Shown piece by piece: positions 27,935 to 37,793 of a stretch of DNA of 64,000 bases. How positions within the stretch are numbered: the stretch's first letter is position 1; each line of letters starts with the position of its first letter. Both the position numbers and the translations under genes were made by a program. The DNA is from Myxococcota bacterium. Its GTDB lineage: Bacteria; Myxococcota_A; UBA9042; PHBI01; JAWLBL01. The notes below the pieces were generated by a model. It saw only the letters and a program-made list of their open reading frames with translations, did no database searches and was not told the origin of the DNA. The stretch covers positions 1 through 64,000 of the forward strand of contig JAWLBL010000011.1 of the NCBI GenBank assembly GCA_041687695.1, read 5' to 3'.

Positions 27935-29016
27935 TGCCTGCCCATCGGCCCACCCCCCATCCCCAGGGCGCCCCCCGCGCCCCGCGCCGCGGCCTGCGTC
28001 TGACCGCGCTAGGCCTCGCGGCCCTGACGCTGGCGCCCTCGGCGCAGGCCTACGACATCACGACGCCCGACATCGTCACGAAGAACCCGACCATCGGCCG
28101 GCAGGGGCTCTACCTCGTCCAGGAGGGCGACACCCTGTGGGATCTGTCCGAGGTCTTCTTCGGCGAGCCCTGGTTCTGGCCGACCCTGTGGTCCTACAAC
28201 CCGCAGGTCACCAACCCGCACTGGATCTATCCGGGCGATCTCCTGCAGATGCAGGTCCCGCGCACCCGCGGCACGACCAGCACCATCGTGTGGAGCGAGT
28301 CGCGCTACAGCGAGGACAAGGTCGATCTGGAGATCTTCTCGCGCTACGTCGGCTACCTGCCCGACCGCGCCTTCAAGGAGTCGGGCCGCATCGCCTACGC
28401 GCGCGAGAGCCACCGCACCCTGGGCGAGTACGACGAGGTCTACATCGAGTTCGCGCAGGACGTGGAGGTCAAGCGCGGCGAGCGCTTCACCATCTACCGC
28501 AACGAGGGGCCGATCACGCACCCGCTCGATGCGGACCGGATCGTCGGCTACAAGATCCGCCACCTGGGCATCGCGCGGGTCCTCGACGCCGACCAGCACT
28601 ACGTCAAGGCGCTCATCCTCAAGTCCTACGAGGAGATCTACCGCGACGACCTCATCACCAGCCTCTTCCCGCACTCGTGGGACGTCGCGCCGCGCACCAA
28701 CGAGGTCGAGCTGGTCGGGACGCTGGTCGACCACCACCAGCCCGTCACCTTCAGCGGGCAGTTCGACTACGGCTACATCGACAAGGGCCGCATCGACGGC
28801 GTCGAGCGCGGCAACCGCTTCGTCGTCGAGCGCCGCGGCGACGGCCTGTGGTACGACGAGCCGCCGGACGAGGTCGACCTGGACAAGTTCCCGTGGGAGT
28901 TCACCGGCGAGGTGATGGTCGTCGAGGCCTTCGAGGAGACGAGCCTCGTCATCGTGACGCGCGCCATCAAGGAGCTCATCCGCGGCGACCGCCTGCACAT
29001 GAAGAAGGGCTACTGA
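27934..29016 (+). CDS. LysM peptidoglycan-binding protein
   Basis: YLVQEGDTLWDLS...WPTLWSYNPQVTNPHWIYPGD; signal peptide. Confidence 0.9.
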   Translation: MPAHRPTPHPQGAPRAPRRGLRLTALGLAALTLAPSAQAYDITTPDIVTKNPTIGRQGLYLVQEGDTLWDLSEVFFGEPWFWPTLWSYNPQVTNPHWIYPGDLLQMQVPRTRGTTSTIVWSESRYSEDKVDLEIFSRYVGYLPDRAFKESGRIAYARESHRTLGEYDEVYIEFAQDVEVKRGERFTIYRNEGPITHPLDADRIVGYKIRHLGIARVLDADQHYVKALILKSYEEIYRDDLITSLFPHSWDVAPRTNEVELVGTLVDHHQPVTFSGQFDYGYIDKGRIDGVERGNRFVVERRGDGLWYDEPPDEVDLDKFPWEFTGEVMVVEAFEETSLVIVTRAIKELIRGDRLHMKKGY

Positions 29017-29083
29017 CGGCGGCCCGGCGGTGGTGCCGGGGGCCCGGTGACCGCGCCGGGGCCCCCGACCCGTCTCGAAGCCG

Positions 29084-29539
29084 TCAGTGGTACTGGTAGA
29101 ACTCGGTGTACAGCGAGAAGGCCGCGAGCGAGGCGCGGAGATCCTGATCCTCGCGCAGGTAGAAGGCGTTGAAGCCGCTGCGGCTCATGTAGAGCAGCTG
29201 GTCTCGCAGCACGTCGCCGAAGGCCAGGATGTCGCCTTCGAAGCCCCAGTGGGCGCGCAGGCGGCGCGCGTGGGAGTAGCAGCGGCCGTCGGCGAACCGG
29301 GGGAAGGGCAGGGCGACCACCGGCAGCCGCGCCAGCAGGGCGCGCACGGGCGCGAGGTCCTCGTCGCCGGCGACGATGACGCCCACGCCGTCGAGGTCCG
29401 CGCCGGCGGCGTCGAGGCGCAGCCAGTCGGCCAGCGGGACGATCTGCCCCGCCGTGGGTCGGGCGCCTTCGGGCAAGGTGGTCACCAGCTCCCAGGGGGC
29501 GGCGGTGACCTGGCGGTCCTTGATCATCTCACGCGGCAC
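29084..29539 (-). CDS. DUF934 family protein
   Basis: FPRFADGRCYSHARRLR...GDVLRDQLLYMSRSGF and FYQ end; directly downstream of the sulfite reductase. Confidence 0.9.
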   Translation of the reverse strand: MPREMIKDRQVTAAPWELVTTLPEGARPTAGQIVPLADWLRLDAAGADLDGVGVIVAGDEDLAPVRALLARLPVVALPFPRFADGRCYSHARRLRAHWGFEGDILAFGDVLRDQLLYMSRSGFNAFYLREDQDLRASLAAFSLYTEFYQYH

Positions 29540-31202
29540 GGGCGGCCTCCCTCTCGGCGTAGACGGCGGCCTTGAACGGCGTCAGGCCGACGCGGCGGAC
29601 GGTCTGGATGAAGCTCTCGGTGCCCTGGCGCTGCTCGACGTAGCAGTCGAGGAGCCGCTCGACGCTGTCGACCACCTGGTCGCGCGCGACGGCGGGGCCG
29701 ATGATCTCCGCGATGGCGGGGTGTCCCTCGCCGGGGCCTCCGGCGCTGCCGCCGAGGCTGAGCTGGTAGAACTCCTCGCCGCGCTTGTCGATCCCCAGGA
29801 TGCCGATGTGGCCCATGTGGTGGTGGCCGCAGGCGTTGATGCAGCCCGACATCTTGAGGTGGATGAAGCCCAGCTCGTAGGCGTGGTCGAGGTCGGCGAA
29901 GCGCTCGGTGATCTCCTGCGCGACCGGGATGGAGCTGGAGTTGGCGAGCGAGCAGTAGTCGAGGCCGGGGCAGCTGATGAGGTCCTGGATGGTGCCGATG
30001 TTCGGCGAGGCCAGGCGCAGGGCGCGCAGCGCGTCGTACAGCTCGGACAGATCGGCGCCGCGGACGTCCTGCAGGACCAGGTTCTGCTCGTAGGTGGTCA
30101 CGCAGCGGCCGCCGTTGAAGCGGTCCATCAGGTCGGCCACGGCGTAGAACTGCTCGGTGATGAGGTCGCCCGGCGGGCGGCCCGGCGGCTTGAGCGACAG
30201 GACGACCGCGTGATAGCCGGGCACGCGGTGCGCCTGGACGTTGTGGGTCATCCAGCGGTCGAAGTCGGGGTCGACGGCGCGGCGGCGGGCGGCCGAGCCG
30301 TCGTCCGGGTCGGCCACGTAGCCGTCGTACTCGAAGTAGCGCTGCAGCTCGGCGACGCGGGCGAGGTCGAGCTTGTCGTGGGCGATGGCGGCGTGCTCAC
30401 GGTCGACCTCGGCGCGGAAGCGCTCGATGCCCAGCTCGCCGACGAGGATCTTGATGCGGGCCTTGAACTTGTTGTCGCGCCGGCCGTACAGGTTGTAGAC
30501 GCGCAGGATGGCCTCGGACACGCTGACGAGGTCCTCGGGCGGGACGAAGTCGCGCACGACCTGGCCCAGGCGCGGGGTGCGGCCGAGGCCGCCGCCGGCG
30601 GAGACCTCGAAGCCCAGCTGCCCGTCGCGGAGCACGGCCTTGATGCCCACGTCGTGCATGCAGGTCGCGGCCCGGTCCTCGCGCGCGCCGGTCAGGGCGA
30701 ACTTGAACTTGCGCGGCAGGTACATGAACTCGGGGTGGAGCGCGAAGTACTGGCGCAGGATCTCGCAGTAGGGGCGGACGTCGACGAGCTCGTCCGGCGC
30801 GACGCCCGAGAAGGGGTCGCTGGTGATGTTGCGGACGCAGTTGCCGCTGGTCTGGATGGCGTTCATCTCGACCTCGGCCAGGTGCATGAGGACGTCGGGG
30901 ACCTCCTCGAGCGCCATCCAGTGGAACTGGATGTTCTGGCGGGTCGTGAAGTGGCCGAAGCCGCGGTCGTAGCGCTGGGCGATGTAGCCGAGCTTGCGCA
31001 TCTGGGCGCTCGAGAGCTGCCCGTAGGGGATGGCGATGCGCAGCATGTAGGCGTGCCGCTGCAGGTACAGGCCGTTCATCAGGCGCAGCGGGCGGAACTC
31101 GTCCTCGCTCAGCTCGCCCGCGAGGCGCCGACGCACCTGATCGCGGAACTCGGCGACGCGCTCGCGCACGAAGCGCGCGTCCATCGGGGTGTAACGGTAC
31201 AT
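29529..31202 (-). CDS. cysI: Siroheme/4Fe-4S nitrite/sulfite reductase
   Basis: RLMNGLYLQRHAYMLR, HFTTRQNIQF, LPRKFK, CPGLDYCSLA and SGCINACGHHH motifs; paired with DUF934. Confidence 0.88.
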   Translation of the reverse strand: MYRYTPMDARFVRERVAEFRDQVRRRLAGELSEDEFRPLRLMNGLYLQRHAYMLRIAIPYGQLSSAQMRKLGYIAQRYDRGFGHFTTRQNIQFHWMALEEVPDVLMHLAEVEMNAIQTSGNCVRNITSDPFSGVAPDELVDVRPYCEILRQYFALHPEFMYLPRKFKFALTGAREDRAATCMHDVGIKAVLRDGQLGFEVSAGGGLGRTPRLGQVVRDFVPPEDLVSVSEAILRVYNLYGRRDNKFKARIKILVGELGIERFRAEVDREHAAIAHDKLDLARVAELQRYFEYDGYVADPDDGSAARRRAVDPDFDRWMTHNVQAHRVPGYHAVVLSLKPPGRPPGDLITEQFYAVADLMDRFNGGRCVTTYEQNLVLQDVRGADLSELYDALRALRLASPNIGTIQDLISCPGLDYCSLANSSSIPVAQEITERFADLDHAYELGFIHLKMSGCINACGHHHMGHIGILGIDKRGEEFYQLSLGGSAGGPGEGHPAIAEIIGPAVARDQVVDSVERLLDCYVEQRQGTESFIQTVRRVGLTPFKAAVYAEREAARAA

Positions 31203-31244
31203 GCCAGCTCTCTCCAAGGGCTGAGTCGCTGCTCGGAGAGAGAA

Positions 31245-31265
31245 TGTAGACCAAGTCGGTCAACA
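31245..31265. promoter_or_regulatory. Inverted-repeat operator upstream of the sulfite reductase (Rrf2-like)
   Basis: TGTAGACC-N5-GGTCAACA (7 of 8 symmetric) in an AT-richer patch 43 nt upstream of the start. Confidence 0.45.
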
Positions 31266-31327
31266 AAGTGAAGAACGCCGGAGCCCGCGCTCGAAGAGCC
31301 GCGTCATCGCTGAGGAGACGGGTGGGC

Positions 31328-32464
31328 TCAGGGGGCGTAGCAGGCGCGGGTGACGCCGTTGGCGTCGATGGTGACGATGATGTGGTCGTCGCCGTGCTCG
31401 GTCCCGGCGGCCTTGTCCTCGTCGCGGTTCTCGGTCGACAGCAGGTGGTAGCGCGCGAGGCGCGCCTGGAGGCGGGCGAGGGCGGCCTCGGTGGGGAGCT
31501 GGGCGCCCGAGAAGCTGCGGCGGCCGCTGGAGATGACCGCCCAGGCGTTGTCGGCGCCCTTGGTGGGGAAGACGCGGTCGAGGAAGGCCTGGGTCGAGGC
31601 GGTGTCCGAGCCGTGATGGCCGACCTTGAGGACCGACGCGGCGAGGTTGAGCTGGCCCTGGTTGGCGGCGGTGACGAGCTGCTGCTCGACCTCTTGCTCG
31701 AGGTCGCCCATCAGCAGGATCTGCTGGCCGCCGTAGCGGATCGCGAAGGCCACCGAGGTGTTGTTGACGTCGGTGCCGCTGGGGTCGTCGACCTTGCCGG
31801 ACGGGGGCGTGGCGGACGACCAGATGAGGCGCGCCTCGTCGACGATGGGGCCGAACAGGTCGACGCGTTGGAACCAGGCGGGGGCCAGCTCGGGCACGGC
31901 CGGGGTGGCGGCGACGCCGCCGAGGCGCTGGACGTCGCTGAGGGCGGCCTGGCGGGCGGCCAGGAAGGCGGAGGAGCCGGCGGTGAAGCCCGGGTCGACG
32001 TAGTTGAGGATCTCGAAGGTCTCGGCGACGGCGCCGAGGCCGCCGTAGTGGTCCTCGTGCGCGTGGGTGACGATGACCGTGTCGATCGACTCGCCGGGGG
32101 CGAGGCCGTGCGAGAGCAAGTAGTCGACGACGACCTCGCCGCCGGGCGAGGTGCCCGGGATCGTGCCCGAGGGGCCGGCGTCGATGAGGATGTCGAGGCT
32201 CTCGACCTCCTCGTTATTGACCCAGGGGGTCTGGATCCAGACGGCGTCCCCCTGGCCGACGTCGATGAGCGTGATCTTCAGGGTCTCGGGGGCGAGGCCT
32301 TCGATCTCGTCGATGGTGCACAAGGGGCCGTCGGTGCGCCCGTTGCCCAGCTGCTGCGACAGGTCGGGCAGCGTCGTGTCCACGCAGCCGCCCAGCAAAG
32401 GGGCGAGGGCCAGGGCGAGGGCCCAGGCGACGGAGAGCTCGAGGCGGGCGGATCGGGCGCGCAT
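31328..32464 (-). CDS. ComEC/Rec2-like metallo-beta-lactamase fold lipoprotein (putative nuclease)
   Basis: Lipobox LGGC; IDVGQGDA, THAHEDHYGG, NNTS, MGD and KVGHHGS motifs. Confidence 0.88.
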   Translation of the reverse strand: MRARSARLELSVAWALALALAPLLGGCVDTTLPDLSQQLGNGRTDGPLCTIDEIEGLAPETLKITLIDVGQGDAVWIQTPWVNNEEVESLDILIDAGPSGTIPGTSPGGEVVVDYLLSHGLAPGESIDTVIVTHAHEDHYGGLGAVAETFEILNYVDPGFTAGSSAFLAARQAALSDVQRLGGVAATPAVPELAPAWFQRVDLFGPIVDEARLIWSSATPPSGKVDDPSGTDVNNTSVAFAIRYGGQQILLMGDLEQEVEQQLVTAANQGQLNLAASVLKVGHHGSDTASTQAFLDRVFPTKGADNAWAVISSGRRSFSGAQLPTEAALARLQARLARYHLLSTENRDEDKAAGTEHGDDHIIVTIDANGVTRACYAP

Positions 32465-32574
32465 GGGCGCTGTGTAGCACACCGGGAGCCGTCGAGTCTG
32501 CCCCGGCGCGGGCGGCGGGCGCCGCCGGCTGAAATAGTGGACAGGAGGTGGCCGTTACGGCACCCGTCTTGGCT

Positions 32575-32604
32575 TTGACAAAGCCTGCCGCGGTCCGCTA
32601 CCAA
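32575..32604 (+). promoter_or_regulatory. Sigma70-like promoter
   Basis: Perfect TTGACA, then N18 and TACCAA, upstream of GTG 32647. Confidence 0.3.
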
Positions 32605-32646
32605 GCCTGCCCAAGCCGCCCTCGCCCCTCCCCGGAGCACACCGCC

Positions 32647-33138
32647 GTGAAGCGACTCGCCCGCGCCCTCGTCGTCGCCGCCCTCCTCACCCCGCTCGGG
32701 CTCGCCCCGGCCTGCACCCGGGACACCATCGCCGACACGACCATCCCGGCGACCGAGAACAACCGGGCCATCTACGACCTGGTGATGACGTACCGCCGCG
32801 CGATCGAGACGCGCGATCTCGAGAGCCTGCTGCCGCTCATCAGCCGGAGGTACTACGAGAACGCCGGCACGACCGACCGTCAGACCGACGACTACGGCTA
32901 CGAGCGGCTCGTGACCGAGGTCCTTCCGATGCTGAAGGATAACGTCAAGGCGGTTCAGTACCGTATCCTCATGCGCGACATCCAGGTGGACGGAGACCGC
33001 GCGTGGGCCGACTACGAGTACTTCTACAACTTCCAGTTCGTCGAGCAGGGCAACGAGGGCTTCGCCCAGAAGAACGACTTCAACCGCATGACCTTCGTCC
33101 GCGAGGACGACATGTGGCGGATCGCCGGCGGGCTCTGA
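32647..33138 (+). CDS. NTF2/SnoaL-like lipoprotein
   Basis: Signal ending APAC; YRRAIETRDLESL...IQVDGDRAWADY...FVREDDMWRI is an NTF2-like pattern. Confidence 0.75.
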   Translation: MKRLARALVVAALLTPLGLAPACTRDTIADTTIPATENNRAIYDLVMTYRRAIETRDLESLLPLISRRYYENAGTTDRQTDDYGYERLVTEVLPMLKDNVKAVQYRILMRDIQVDGDRAWADYEYFYNFQFVEQGNEGFAQKNDFNRMTFVREDDMWRIAGGL

Positions 33139-35726
33139 CCCGCGCCCTGCTGGCCGCCTGCGCGCTGGCCCTGGCCGTCGCCGCGGCGCCGGCGGCGGTG
33201 GCGGCGCCCAAGGGGCCGCTGAGCCAGGCGCGCGACGCGCTGCACCACTGGAAGCTCGGGCAGGCCGAGCAGCTGCTGTCGAAGGCGGGCGCCCCGGCGG
33301 TCGAGGTCGAGCGCCAGACGCTGCTGGCGCGGCTGGATCTGCAACGCAGCCGCTTCAAGGCGGTCGTCGAGCGGCTCACCCCGCTGGTCGCCAAGCACCC
33401 CGGCGCGTACGAGGCGCGGGTCGTGCTGGGGCGCGCCCTGAAGGCGACCGGCGACAAGGCGCGCGCGTTCGCGGTGCTGGACCCGATGGCCAACGACTAC
33501 AACGACGGGCGCATCGCGACGGCCGCCGACAAGATGTGGCTCGCCGTCGGCCTGCACCTGACCGGCTACCACAAGGACGCCTCGTCCACGTTCGCCGAGG
33601 CGCTCGCCGACGACGCCTCGCTGCACACGGCGCGCCTGAGGTGGGCCGACCTCTTCATCGACAAGTACAACTTCAAGGACTCGGACGCCCTGTTCAAGGA
33701 GGTCCTCGCGCGGCGGGCCAACGACCCCGAGGCGCGGCTGGGGCTGGCGCGCCTCGACGTCGAGAGCGACCGCGAGTACGCGAAGGCGGCCGAGACCGCC
33801 GAGGCCCTGGTGCGCGAGTCGCCGACCCATGTGCCGGCGCACAACCTGCTGGCCCGCATCGCCCTCGACAACGAGCGCCCCGAGGAGGCCATCGCGCGCC
33901 TGCAGGCGCACAGCCTCAAGGTCGCGCCCGACGACCCGGAGGCCATCGCGCTGCTGGGCGCCGCCCACTACATCGCCGACGACGAGGCCGCCTACCGGAA
34001 GACGGAGCGGCGGGCGCTCGCGGTCAACCCGAAGTTCGCGCGCTTCTACACGGTCGTCGCCGACCACGCGACGCGCATGCACCGCTACAAGGAGTCGCTG
34101 GCGCTGGCCGACAAGGCGCTGAGCCTGGACCGCGAGCACTGGCCGGCCTACGCGGCCCTGGGCATCGGCTACAGCCGCGTGGGCGACGACGCCAAGGCCA
34201 AGGAGTTCCTGGACAAGGCCTACGACGGCGACCCGTACGACGTGCGGACCTACAACCTGCTCGAGTTCTTCTACGACCGGGTCATCAAGCAGTTCGAGTG
34301 GATGGACGCCGGCAAGATGCGCGTGCGCGTCCACAAGCCCGAGCGCCCGGTCCTCGAGCGCTACGTCCCGGCGCTGCTGAAGGAGGCCTACGGGGCCCTG
34401 TCGAAGAAGTACGGCTTCGAGCCCGAGGCGCCGCTGCACATCGAGATCTTCCCGGACCCGCAGCTCTTCGCCGTGCGCTCCATCGGCCTGCCGAACCTGG
34501 GCGCCCACGGCATCTGCTTCGGCCACGTCATCACGAGCCGCTCGCCCTCGGACGGCAACTTCAACTGGGCCGAGGTCCTGTGGCACGAGCTGAGCCACGT
34601 GTTCCACATCCAGCTGTCCAACAGCCGCGTCCCGCGCTGGTTCACCGAGGGCATGGCCGTCTACGAGTCGACCGAGGGCCGCCCCGAGTGGCGCCGCGAG
34701 ATGGATCGCGAGCTGCTGACCTACTTCGACAAGCAGCGGCTGCGGGGCGTCGCCGAGTTCAACCTGTCGTTCACGCAGGCGCGCAGCTTCGACGACATCC
34801 TGGTCGCCTACTACCACGCCTTCGTGATGGCCGAGTTCATCGCGCAGGAGTTCGGCTTCCCCAAGATGCGGGGGATGCTGGTCGCCTGGGGCCAGCGCAA
34901 GGCCACGCCGCAGGTGTTCCGCGAGGTGCTGGGCGTCAAGGACCTCGCCGACTTCGACCGGCGCTTCTTCGCCTGGCTCGACCAGCGCCTGTCGCCGCTG
35001 CGCAAGAGCTACCACCTGGACGTCGAGCAGTACGCGAGCGACCCGGCGAAGTACCTGCAGCAGGCGCTGAAGGAGCCCACGAACGCGGCGGCGCAGGCCG
35101 CGGCCGCCGTGGCGTCGCTGGCGACCGGCGACATCCCGGGGGCGACGCGCTACGCCGAGGCGGCCCTGGCCATCGAGCCGGCGCGCCCGGACGCGCTGAT
35201 GCTGCGGGCCATCGTGCGGCTGCGGACCGCGCGGCGCGACGACGCCAAGCGGGACCTCGAGCGGCTGGTCGAGCTGGGCCACGACGGGGCCGACGTGCGC
35301 AAGTACCTTGCCGAGCTGGCGCGCGAGGCGGGCGACGTCGCGGGCACGGTGCCGCACCTCGAAAAGGCCGTGCAGTTCCACCCGCAGGACGCCTCGCTGC
35401 ACTACGAGCTCATCCGCGCCCTCGACCAGACGCAGCGCCCGGCCGACGCCTTCGTCTGGCGCAAGCGCGTCCTGGCGCTCGACCAGATGAACGCCCAGCT
35501 GGTCGCCGAGCTGCTGGCCGGCGCCGAGGCGCACGGCGCGACGCGCGAGGAGATCCTCAGGTGGGGCGAGCTGGGCAACCACATCGCGCCCTTTTCGGTC
35601 GAGCACCACGTCGCCTACGCCAAGGCCCTCGCGCGGCTGGGCCTGACCGAGCAGGCGCGCTTCGAGGCCAGCTCGGCCCTGCTCATCGACCCGACCCACG
35701 CCGAGGCCAAGGCCCTGGCCAAGTAG
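33114..35726 (+). CDS. TPR repeat protein with an MA-clan zinc metallopeptidase-like domain
   Basis: Signal peptide, many TPRs, and LWHELSHVF...VPRWFTEGMA (gluzincin pattern). Start placed at GTG 33114 after GAGGA. Confidence 0.85.
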   Translation: MADRRRALTRALLAACALALAVAAAPAAVAAPKGPLSQARDALHHWKLGQAEQLLSKAGAPAVEVERQTLLARLDLQRSRFKAVVERLTPLVAKHPGAYEARVVLGRALKATGDKARAFAVLDPMANDYNDGRIATAADKMWLAVGLHLTGYHKDASSTFAEALADDASLHTARLRWADLFIDKYNFKDSDALFKEVLARRANDPEARLGLARLDVESDREYAKAAETAEALVRESPTHVPAHNLLARIALDNERPEEAIARLQAHSLKVAPDDPEAIALLGAAHYIADDEAAYRKTERRALAVNPKFARFYTVVADHATRMHRYKESLALADKALSLDREHWPAYAALGIGYSRVGDDAKAKEFLDKAYDGDPYDVRTYNLLEFFYDRVIKQFEWMDAGKMRVRVHKPERPVLERYVPALLKEAYGALSKKYGFEPEAPLHIEIFPDPQLFAVRSIGLPNLGAHGICFGHVITSRSPSDGNFNWAEVLWHELSHVFHIQLSNSRVPRWFTEGMAVYESTEGRPEWRREMDRELLTYFDKQRLRGVAEFNLSFTQARSFDDILVAYYHAFVMAEFIAQEFGFPKMRGMLVAWGQRKATPQVFREVLGVKDLADFDRRFFAWLDQRLSPLRKSYHLDVEQYASDPAKYLQQALKEPTNAAAQAAAAVASLATGDIPGATRYAEAALAIEPARPDALMLRAIVRLRTARRDDAKRDLERLVELGHDGADVRKYLAELAREAGDVAGTVPHLEKAVQFHPQDASLHYELIRALDQTQRPADAFVWRKRVLALDQMNAQLVAELLAGAEAHGATREEILRWGELGNHIAPFSVEHHVAYAKALARLGLTEQARFEASSALLIDPTHAEAKALAK

Positions 35727-35773
35727 CGACGGCGCGGGGCGGGGGCTCGGAGCGGTCGAGCCCCCGCCGTCCG

Positions 35774-37555
35774 TCACTTCTCGAGCGGCGCGGCCTCGCT
35801 GTCGTCGAGCGGCCCCAGGACCGCCGGGGTCTCGCCGGCGAGGGGCGGCGTCTCGTAGACGCGCAGCTGCCCGCGCACGGTGACGACCGGCCCCATCGGC
35901 ACGGGCGGCAGCAGCGTGCGGTCGAGCCGCCGCATGCGGAGGTCGAGCGAGGCGACCAGCGTCACCTCGTCGGCCTGGGCGCGGGCCGGCGCGCGGCGCT
36001 CGAAGCGGTGCACCCGGACGTCGCCGCCCACGGCGGCGTAGTTGGCCTCGGCTCCCAGGCGCGCCAGATCGGCCTCGTCGCGGTTGTCGTCGAGGAAGAC
36101 CTTGGCCTGACCGCGGGCAGGCAGGAAGCCGTCGGGTGAGCTGGGGTCGGCGACGACGTCGAGCGAGGCGCCGCCGCGGAGATCCGCCAGGGGCAGGTCG
36201 ACCTGGAAGATGAAGGGTGGGCTGCGGTCGCGGTCGGCGAGATCGTAGGTGACGGGGCCGGCGAGCTGCAGCGACCAGTGGTCGGCGCTGCGGACCGAGC
36301 CGACGATCTCGAAGCAGGCGCCGTCGAGCGGCAGGTCGCCGCCGCCGGTGACCGACACGCGCGCGAAGCGGCTGGGGACGCCCTCGGCGTCGAGCCAGCC
36401 GCAGTCCCCCAGGGCCCAGGCGTCCTGGGCGGGGGCGGCCGGTGGGACGGGCGGGGCCGCGGCGGGCGGGGTCGTGGGCAGCACCGGGATGCCCGGCCAG
36501 ACGGTCGGGACCTCGTCGCGGGCCGCCGCGGGGCGGGGGGCGTACAGGGAGCCGCCGGCGGTCAGGGGGCCGGCCGGCGTGCCGTGCGGGAACAGGGGCC
36601 CGGCCGCGGTGAGCGGGCCCGGCGGGACCTGGACGCCCTCCTCGGGGCTCTCGAAGGGGATCGCGGCGGCGTTGGGGTCGAGCATCCAGGGCGCCAGGCC
36701 GGCGGCCCACTGGGCGGCGGCGGCCGGGGCGAAGGGCTGCGCGACCGTGCCGGCGCCGAAGGCCTGGGTGACGACGCCCGGGCCGAACGGCTGGGCGAGC
36801 GGCGGCCGCGCGACGTAGTCGCCCTGGGTGATGAGCCCGGCGCCGCGGCGCACGGCCTCGGACTGCGGGTCGGGGACGGCGCCGATGGGCGGGGGGGCGG
36901 CGCCGTAGCGGGCGGTCGTGCCGGCGGTGGCGCCCGGCAGGGTGGTGGCGGGGGCGCTGGGGGCGGTGCGGAGGGCGCCGCCCGAGGTGACGGCCGCCTC
37001 GTAGACCGGCTGCGTGGCGGCGCCGGAGCCGGCGGGCTGCACGAAGACCTGGACGACGGTGACGGGCGCGCCGGGCGCCGCGGCGGCAGCGGTCGCGGCG
37101 GCGACGCCTGGGCCTGGAGTGCCGGCCTGGACGGCCTCGGGAGACGGCGTGGGCAGCGCGGGGGCGGCGGGCGCGGCGAGGGCCGGGGGGACGGGCGGCG
37201 GGGTGACGACCTCGATGGTCGGCAGCTGGCGCGGGGCCGCGGCGGCGGGAGCCGGGTCGGCCTGCGGGGAGAGCGCGGCGGGCGTGCCGGGCGACCCGAA
37301 GGGCTCGAGCGTGGACAGCTCGCCGGGCGGCTCGTCGGCCGGGGCGAGGTCGACGGCCGGCGTGTCGGTCGCGCGCTCGGCGAGCGGGTCGGGCGCGCCC
37401 TCGGCCAGCTGAATGCCGGGGGGCGTGGCCGAAGCGGGGCTCGGGGGCTCGGGGCTCGCGGGCGGCGCGGCGTCGGCCGGCTCGCGCTGCTGCATCAGGG
37501 CGAGGCCGGTGGCGAACGTCGCCCCGGCCGCGAGGGCGACGAGGAGGCGCTTCAT
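35774..37555 (-). CDS. Secreted Pro/Ala-rich hypothetical protein with a C-terminal globular domain
   Basis: MKRLLVALAAG signal with GAGGA RBS; low-complexity middle; about 200-aa beta-rich end. Confidence 0.65.
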   Translation of the reverse strand: MKRLLVALAAGATFATGLALMQQREPADAAPPASPEPPSPASATPPGIQLAEGAPDPLAERATDTPAVDLAPADEPPGELSTLEPFGSPGTPAALSPQADPAPAAAAPRQLPTIEVVTPPPVPPALAAPAAPALPTPSPEAVQAGTPGPGVAAATAAAAAPGAPVTVVQVFVQPAGSGAATQPVYEAAVTSGGALRTAPSAPATTLPGATAGTTARYGAAPPPIGAVPDPQSEAVRRGAGLITQGDYVARPPLAQPFGPGVVTQAFGAGTVAQPFAPAAAAQWAAGLAPWMLDPNAAAIPFESPEEGVQVPPGPLTAAGPLFPHGTPAGPLTAGGSLYAPRPAAARDEVPTVWPGIPVLPTTPPAAAPPVPPAAPAQDAWALGDCGWLDAEGVPSRFARVSVTGGGDLPLDGACFEIVGSVRSADHWSLQLAGPVTYDLADRDRSPPFIFQVDLPLADLRGGASLDVVADPSSPDGFLPARGQAKVFLDDNRDEADLARLGAEANYAAVGGDVRVHRFERRAPARAQADEVTLVASLDLRMRRLDRTLLPPVPMGPVVTVRGQLRVYETPPLAGETPAVLGPLDDSEAAPLEK

Positions 37556-37740
37556 GTCGGGTTCCTCTCGGCGGCGGCGGCGCGGGGAGCGCCCGGGTCG
37601 ACCCTGACGTCGGGTGGGTCGGCGGGGGCTCCGCCCGCGCGGGGCGCACGGTCCGGGGCGGGGGAATAGGGGCGGGCGACAGGCCCGAGGCGGGCCCATC
37701 CGTGGGCTTCAACCCGGCTGCCCGGCGGAGGCTTCCCTTC

Positions 37741-37772
37741 GAAACGCGAACGGGGCCCCCGAGGGGACCCCG
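37741..37772 (-). terminator. Probable intrinsic terminator after the acyl-CoA dehydrogenase
   Basis: Minus strand CGGGGTCCCC-TCG-GGGGCCCCG then TTCGCGTTTC, about 20 nt after the stop. Confidence 0.4.
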
Positions 37773-37793
37773 CCGCGGTGAGCCAGGCCGGGC

